64,000 nucleotides of DNA from a virus (Duplodnaviria > Caudoviricetes): the IMG/VR virus record IMGVR_UViG_3300037067_012889, positions 1 through 64,000 of that record; one strand, 5' to 3'. The notes under the pieces were generated by a model. The model did no database searches. It saw nothing but the letters and a program-made list of their open reading frames with translations, and had not been told where the DNA came from. How positions within the stretch are numbered: the stretch's first letter is position 1; every line of letters begins with the position of its first letter. The translations under genes and the position numbers were made by a program. Positions 59,801-64,000 of the stretch are shown here, one piece after another.

Positions 59801-59882
59801 GGCTACCGACTTCACATCGGCTACCATCACGATCCTCGGATTCATCGATACATTCAGTAAGTTTGTAATATCCTTGTTCCAT
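56877..59882 (-). CDS. large hypothetical protein (1001 aa) with N-terminal coiled coil
   Basis: Uninterrupted ORF; TGCTATAAC 5 nt upstream of the ATG. Confidence 0.85.
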   Translation of the reverse strand: MEQGYYKLTECIDESEDRDGSRCEVGSLWYLSGVQGDEVTLIKGDSTWTFTLEVFLDHFEYAPDGVEERQRELVALMSSLHAVGDRQDNLIESASTPKLLADDAHPVESQQPTGTDLIAMASRANPTTAAKNLKRVKTVFAVTKNQIAKRHSALQTLIKEQELILRAKTDALTRQIEMAQEAIYMINAYLGQDEEIIRLAKGEPAPDDEKIVIRQQVLFMDEESAAAEDMAKRGGVDFKEISEFDRWICEPSHLQQVLPETKGVVAIKPRRNDKFYDDNPLVNGELNRLNKCLYILIRNGDNLYRIYTTLWVDEVFLPRKDEFEHFFYETHTDWDTREQKREPLIPGSAKYMQAMDRAEAKKRRFYTALILIQGLLDRTKVFHPLPINEQINVCNLDGQKYITLLYDAENLLGNGRPSYKDWLANVNNELEVGCRIIGEFDSFYSRQHGLEDRKSNRWASWPNDHEIYVLDRKIDERSFKFLYQSDYADANRPRVSYRICLTDDFIINIDSVTASDIEFYIRSRTNRHRYLSMIPLLKAALAIKKREAAEEAPFRQLLVSEIAKKHDVSFARAERSIDALIKWWKFKTREHRALTSDDSKALRMIVVEFGRRKLLNDGALTEAHEQAVGKLCDDKTMAVFYRPDRSYVVLRCENAENIWAREEVWKLCADTQLGSVLASTDGTNIIHFDCGVFVRMVSVKEWTVVDKRHESWQLIWNHARWSEWLIGARPQEHLTDMERKQAAEYALAELEKAIAPDADDRSAFTDWRRKDGRRIWMKPLAITVEEKERLTLYFLQYHAALAKKLLTRCVEGPEYSTVNIRWCKKDGLSFKLSCCSGRSVDLNNPQWKNNALIVFDENVALAAIEECKVEKIRTEKRRLMKPIRAIENKVYEAIKVVWYEEQHIKFLEEYIDDDGELWEDYKEDLKVPSNLWPSWVRVISEYVIERGVDIDGWTIDKLLSSARAYGYDGTANEVEYYEKIKEVVINYVPAIGGEDDDDEEW

Positions 59883-59957
59883 GATTAGTTATAGCATCAT
59901 AAAACATCTTTATTAATTATGGCAACAAATTGTGCTATAAATGTTTGGGAGATAATA

Positions 59958-60170
59958 ATGGAAATACCTGGCGTCCTGGAAATCGATCACGAACGTGGTG
60001 TCGTTTACTTCCACACCGATGATAGCAAAGCATTGAAAGTATATGGTGCTACGACTATCTTACGTATCTGTGGTCTTGGTAAAATACCCAAGAAGGCCAT
60101 GGATGTTACTCTACGGCCAAAAGAACAACTTAACACAGATGTCTGTGCAATCGTTGCGTATTCTACCTAA
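59958..60170 (+). CDS. hypothetical protein
   Basis: GGAG SD after TGTGCTATAA (59931-59940). Confidence 0.6.
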   Translation: MEIPGVLEIDHERGVVYFHTDDSKALKVYGATTILRICGLGKIPKKAMDVTLRPKEQLNTDVCAIVAYST

Positions 60171-60568
60171 CTATGCTCTTCCAAGAATCGATCAATGATC
60201 TTGGCAATGCTGCTGTCGTCGATTACTTGCGTTCGATACGCCGTCAACAATGATGTCAAATCTATTTCATCAGCCAGCTCTTTAGTCTCTTCTAAACTGA
60301 CATATTCTCCCGACTCACCAGCGGGGACATTGTCCATTAACGGTCCAATTATCCTCCTCGCCCCGGTTATTCCTATAGTGATCCAGAGTGAACCTTCCGT
60401 AAGTCCTTCTATGAAAATTGCATTGTCTCGAATGTGTGGTGGAAAATCGTCTCGATTTTTACAACCGATGAACGACAATAATAACTCTACATTGCCATTC
60501 TCAGTCGGCATGAGAATGGCAATGGAATTTTTAGAAGTGACGCCATTAATTCTGTTTGGTTTGTCCAT
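60167..60568 (-). CDS. hypothetical protein
   Basis: Preceded by minus-strand TGCTATAA (60575-60582) and GTATTTAA (60604-60611). Confidence 0.65.
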   Translation of the reverse strand: MDKPNRINGVTSKNSIAILMPTENGNVELLLSFIGCKNRDDFPPHIRDNAIFIEGLTEGSLWITIGITGARRIIGPLMDNVPAGESGEYVSLEETKELADEIDLTSLLTAYRTQVIDDSSIAKIIDRFLEEHS

Positions 60569-60638
60569 AGTATGTTATAGCACAACAGAAGAAGGCTGTT
60601 AACTTAAATACCTAATCGTGCTATAACGAGGTAGAACA

Positions 60639-60800
60639 ATGATCGCGACATGTCGATGCTGTGCTGGACATGAATTTGTGAGCCGCGTGATCGAGGATTC
60701 ACCAGAAATTAACGTAATGGAAGTAGCAACCGAGACATGTCCAGTCTGTGACACGGATTCGTTTGAGATTGTGAATATCGAATATGATGACGCTGACTAA
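60639..60800 (+). CDS. small acidic zinc-ribbon protein (53 aa, not in track)
   Basis: MIATCRCC..H...CPVC; GAGG SD; CGTGCTATAA at 60617-60626. Confidence 0.6.
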   Translation: MIATCRCCAGHEFVSRVIEDSPEINVMEVATETCPVCDTDSFEIVNIEYDDAD

Positions 60801-61143
60801 GAACATGGGAATTATCAGACATATCTGTCGATCAATTTTTTACAGCATTAGGAATGCACTTTTCTATCGCAGTGAATGGATGCCTGCCAATAGGAATCCC
60901 AATTCCTATGCACGGAAGCACATTAACGACGCTATTTCTAGCAATTCAAAGGAACAGATATTTCTCTTCGCTACGAATTATATGTTGATGGGTATCGGTT
61001 TGATTGTGACTGAAAAACCCGGCAATCATCTGGCCTGGATTTATCTGACTAAACGCCAAAAAGAGGTTATGAATAAAGTCCGAAGCGTAGGTGGTTACAA
61101 TATTGATTTGTTATAATTCAAAAATACTCCAAGGAGAATTATC

Positions 61144-61572
61144 ATGAATTATAACCTTGACGAAGCCAAGGATCTCACTACCACTTCTGACATGAACCCC
61201 ACTAAATGGCTTTACGAGCACTATGAAGATCTGAAAGGAATGGATGCTTCCGAACTTGGTCCTTTTCTCCTTCGCAGCATTCCACAGATGGGTGCATTTA
61301 GCCCACAAGCCGTTAAGAAGTTTACGATTGCCGTCCGACAGCTTACTTCACGAGACGACACAGTGGGTCTTCTGACCTATATCACGAATTTCATGATGAA
61401 GGGCATTGACCCGAGTCTAGGCGTCGTCCATGCCGGTCATTACCGCGAAGAAATTCAGATTATTGCTAATGTAATTACCGAGGATGTAAATGAGAAGATT
61501 TCTCCCAGATTCTTCGAATTGAAGAAAATGGTCGAAACCGACACAGGTTTGCGCCTCGTGCTGCGTCGTTAA
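61144..61572 (+). CDS. hypothetical protein
   Basis: AAGGAG SD; IIANVITED motif. Confidence 0.7.
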   Translation: MNYNLDEAKDLTTTSDMNPTKWLYEHYEDLKGMDASELGPFLLRSIPQMGAFSPQAVKKFTIAVRQLTSRDDTVGLLTYITNFMMKGIDPSLGVVHAGHYREEIQIIANVITEDVNEKISPRFFELKKMVETDTGLRLVLRR

Positions 61573-61602
61573 TGGCTATTTTTTCTCGTGCTATAATATA
61601 GT

Positions 61603-62082
61603 ATGAGAGAACAACTAATATCCGAGATAGAACATGCCATTTCAAAGCTTGATGACAGACCCGGATTATGTCTCTATTATGCTAAAGAGACAATAGCCAT
61701 CTTGGCCCGCCACGGCTACAAGGCTATCATCCAAGCTGGATCGCTACAATGGCCCTGCTTGCGTCCAGAGGACGACGACGGCATCATCTCAACGCACTTC
61801 GCTTATATGTGGAGTCCTGGCGATCCAATCAGTGCCCTCTCTGTAGCTCTAGGAAATCTCCCAGAAATACATTGCTGGGTTGGATTGTTAGAAGAGCAGG
61901 AAATAGTCGATTTCAGTATCAGGCATCTAAAGAAAGCGGCAGCCGTACATGGCGTAAGGTGGACGGCTGCCGACCCGCCTCCATATCTCTGGTGTCCGGT
62001 GAACGAGATACCCGACGATGTCCGGTACATCCCAAATAGGGAAGCATCTATGTATGCTTCTATTCTGCTAAAGCGATTATAA
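61603..62082 (+). CDS. hypothetical protein with possible Cys-His-Asp (transglutaminase-like) triad
   Basis: CLYYA, QAGS, HCWV, IVDFS; leaderless arrangement after TGCTATAAT (61589-61597). Confidence 0.6.
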   Translation: MREQLISEIEHAISKLDDRPGLCLYYAKETIAILARHGYKAIIQAGSLQWPCLRPEDDDGIISTHFAYMWSPGDPISALSVALGNLPEIHCWVGLLEEQEIVDFSIRHLKKAAAVHGVRWTAADPPPYLWCPVNEIPDDVRYIPNREASMYASILLKRL

Positions 62083-62103
62083 CCATTCTAAGCAGAGATA
62101 AAC

Positions 62104-62742
62104 ATGTCTTATAAAATCTTTGGGTTATATCCAGAGGATTACAACTTAATCCATTCGATTGATTTATCGGTACTGACCGATCTGATTCCGCACATCGATC
62201 TACGACCGGATCAGAAAGAATGTGATGCCCCTTTGCGGCTGAAAATACCGGATGAGCTTGAAAAGGCAATCAGACGTGTAACGAAGATGAAGACAAAGAG
62301 AACCGATCACAAATATCTCTACGTCCTGTTAACCGCAGCACGTTGTTATCGTGCTAAATATCCGATACCAGACGATTGGAAAGAGCCAGATTGCGGCAGT
62401 TATGCGAAAGCTGAACGCGACCGACGCCAAGAAGAAGAAACAGACTTAAATAGGAATAAGATTGTCCTGCGGCTACCACCAAAAGACAGAGAATTGTTAC
62501 TAAATCTTGGTCGTGGTCGCCAAGACATTATTACCCGCCATGCGGCCCTTTGCGAATTGGTGCCGATTGTTAAGAGCCTTGACGACACTGGTGCATTTGA
62601 AACAATCAAAAAACACAATAGAAAGTCGTATAGAGTCGACATCCCAAATGAACTTGAAGCGGCAATTGCACAAAGAGTATCTGATAGTACAGCATTCTTG
62701 ACTATTCTGCTTACTGCCGCTAAATTCTATTATTATGGCTAA
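62104..62742 (+). CDS. internally duplicated ribbon-helix-helix-like protein
   Basis: LRLKIPDELEKAI...VLLTAARCY and YRVDIPNELEAAI...ILLTAAKFY. Confidence 0.6.
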   Translation: MSYKIFGLYPEDYNLIHSIDLSVLTDLIPHIDLRPDQKECDAPLRLKIPDELEKAIRRVTKMKTKRTDHKYLYVLLTAARCYRAKYPIPDDWKEPDCGSYAKAERDRRQEEETDLNRNKIVLRLPPKDRELLLNLGRGRQDIITRHAALCELVPIVKSLDDTGAFETIKKHNRKSYRVDIPNELEAAIAQRVSDSTAFLTILLTAAKFYYYG

Positions 62743-62745
62743 GAG

Positions 62746-63036
62746 TTGCCAATCGGAGCAAAAATGCAATCTGACCAAAATGCAGAACTGTCACCACGAC
62801 GTTTAACAGCCAACTGGTCTGACGATTCCTTGTTTTTCACCCATGTCTGGCGTGATGAAACAAGCATGTTTGACGATCATCCAAGCGTCCGATGGGAAGG
62901 CGGCGGCGAGTATTATAGCCGCGAATTCAAATGCCGCGTACCGAAAGCATTTGAAAACTGTGATGAATTGATTGACATGTTCATCGAATGGATGACCGAC
63001 AACGCTACCGAAACAAAAGGTTTCTGGGTCAATTAG
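62746..63036 (+). CDS. hypothetical protein
   Basis: Last ORF before the non-coding block. Confidence 0.5.
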   Translation: MPIGAKMQSDQNAELSPRRLTANWSDDSLFFTHVWRDETSMFDDHPSVRWEGGGEYYSREFKCRVPKAFENCDELIDMFIEWMTDNATETKGFWVN

Positions 63037-63442
63037 TTGGCGAATAATATCTAAATGAATTTACGTGAAACGTATTCTTCCATATCGTTGTATCTGTACG
63101 TGCACTAAAGTCATTCATTGGCCCACCATATAACTGAGAAGCTGGCCGACGTGGAACGGAAACATTTTACCAATACGCGAAGCGTACGGCGGTATATGGT
63201 AAAATCGATTATCACATTGGCACACCACCTCTACGTGGTATACTCGGCCTTTCATGTGCGGAAAATTTATTCGAGCGGAAATTCGATATCGGGTCCTCCT
63301 GTATATTATTCATTTTTTCGCCGGGAACATAACTTAATTTGGTATCCTGGGCATTGAATATCGGCCCTGGAGGTGGGATGAGCTTGGCAACTTCCTATTT
63401 TCCAACTTCCCCATTTTCCCAGCTTCCCTCTCCTGCCAGCTC

Positions 63443-63538
63443 TAAACGGTCATACTTAAATGGTTATACTTAAATGGTTTATGACTGGTTATGTGACTGA
63501 AAGAAATACCACGGTTATATGACTGAAAGAAATACCAC
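63443..63538. repeat. 14-bp (about 2.7 copies) and 26-bp (2 copies) tandem repeats
   Basis: TAAA(C/T)GGT(C/T)ATACT from 63443; GGTTAT(G/A)TGACTGAAAGAAATACCAC at 63487-63512 and 63513-63538. Confidence 0.9.
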
Positions 63539-63843
63539 CTAACAGTAGTATATAGCCTTCACATATGCGGAAAATATATTCGATACAGAGAAAGACCTGG
63601 CCCCGGTCCACCAAATACGGTATCTTTGGGGCATAGTTACCCCACTATATGGGTAGAGTATACATACATTCCATTATAGGGGAGTATATCCCTTCGGGCG
63701 GCTGCATATCGCGACGAGGCCGATCGTTTAACTGGAAACAGGCACCTGCGTCGTGCTATAACGGTGTGGCGGGGGAGGGTGACGCGAGACCGGGTTTTCT
63801 GGTCCGGCTCTCCGAGACCTGCCAACACACAGGAATCCGTACC

Positions 63844-64000
63844 ATGACGAAGAAAGAACTCCAAGCCATTACCGACAGCATCGTGGCCGCCGTGTTGCTC
63901 AAGGGCACCGAAGGCAAGGACGACGCGTACGTACCAACCCCGTCCGAAGAGGACCAAGCCCGCACCCTGGTCGGCATGACGATTCGAGCCAACCGCCAGA
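63844..64000 (+). CDS. hypothetical early-type protein, 3'-truncated by window edge
   Basis: MTKKELQAITDSIVAAVLL... open to the end; AGGA SD; CGTGCTATAA at 63752-63761; GC-rich codons. Confidence 0.65.
   Translation, partial: MTKKELQAITDSIVAAVLLKGTEGKDDAYVPTPSEEDQARTLVGMTIRANRQ

Noticed and set aside
63118-63992. Track ORFs 63118..63357, 63637..63957 and 63756..63992
   Set aside because: No RBS or motifs; they overlap the repeat block or the better-supported plus-strand gene at 63844
1-64000. Stop-codon reassignment
   Set aside because: Recognisable genes are full length in the standard code, end in TAA, TAG and TGA, and no suppressor tRNA was seen
1-64000. datZ/mazZ, DNA polymerase, capsid, terminase, integrase, reverse transcriptase
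   Set aside because: No supporting motifs in this window; they may lie elsewhere in the genome

Overview
A 64 kb slice of what is very probably a large (jumbo-type, T4-like) tailed phage genome. The evidence is dense small ORFs on both strands, a T4 gp21-type prohead protease, a gp55-like sigma factor, free-standing LAGLIDADG and HNH endonucleases, four tRNAs without encoded CCA, and no rRNA or core housekeeping operons. Accessory cargo includes an eight-gene glycosyl/methyltransferase cluster, CsrA, a TraR/DksA-type zinc finger missed by the ORF track, RarA, SpeD, peptidases, phosphatases, a radical SAM protein, an ART-fold protein and an amino-methyltransferase. Highlights: (1) a PurA-family gene with PurZ signatures (GSSGKG, LNFINF), which suggests 2-aminoadenine (Z) DNA, near a deoxynucleoside N-glycosidase-like gene and a degenerate DeoC-like gene; (2) a separate three-gene module of J-domain/pseudokinase, vWA protein and a second PurA paralogue with a remodelled aspartate loop; (3) an unannotated ~250-nt multi-helix ncRNA candidate at 55176-55426; (4) two strand-oriented promoter motifs (TGCTATAA, often leaderless, and GTATTTAA) plus two divergent sigma-like genes; (5) a repeat-rich non-coding block near 63.0-63.75 kb that may be an origin or genome end. 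All calls come from reading motifs by eye; no searches were run. The host (possibly Planctomycetota or another high-GC bacterium) is inferred only.
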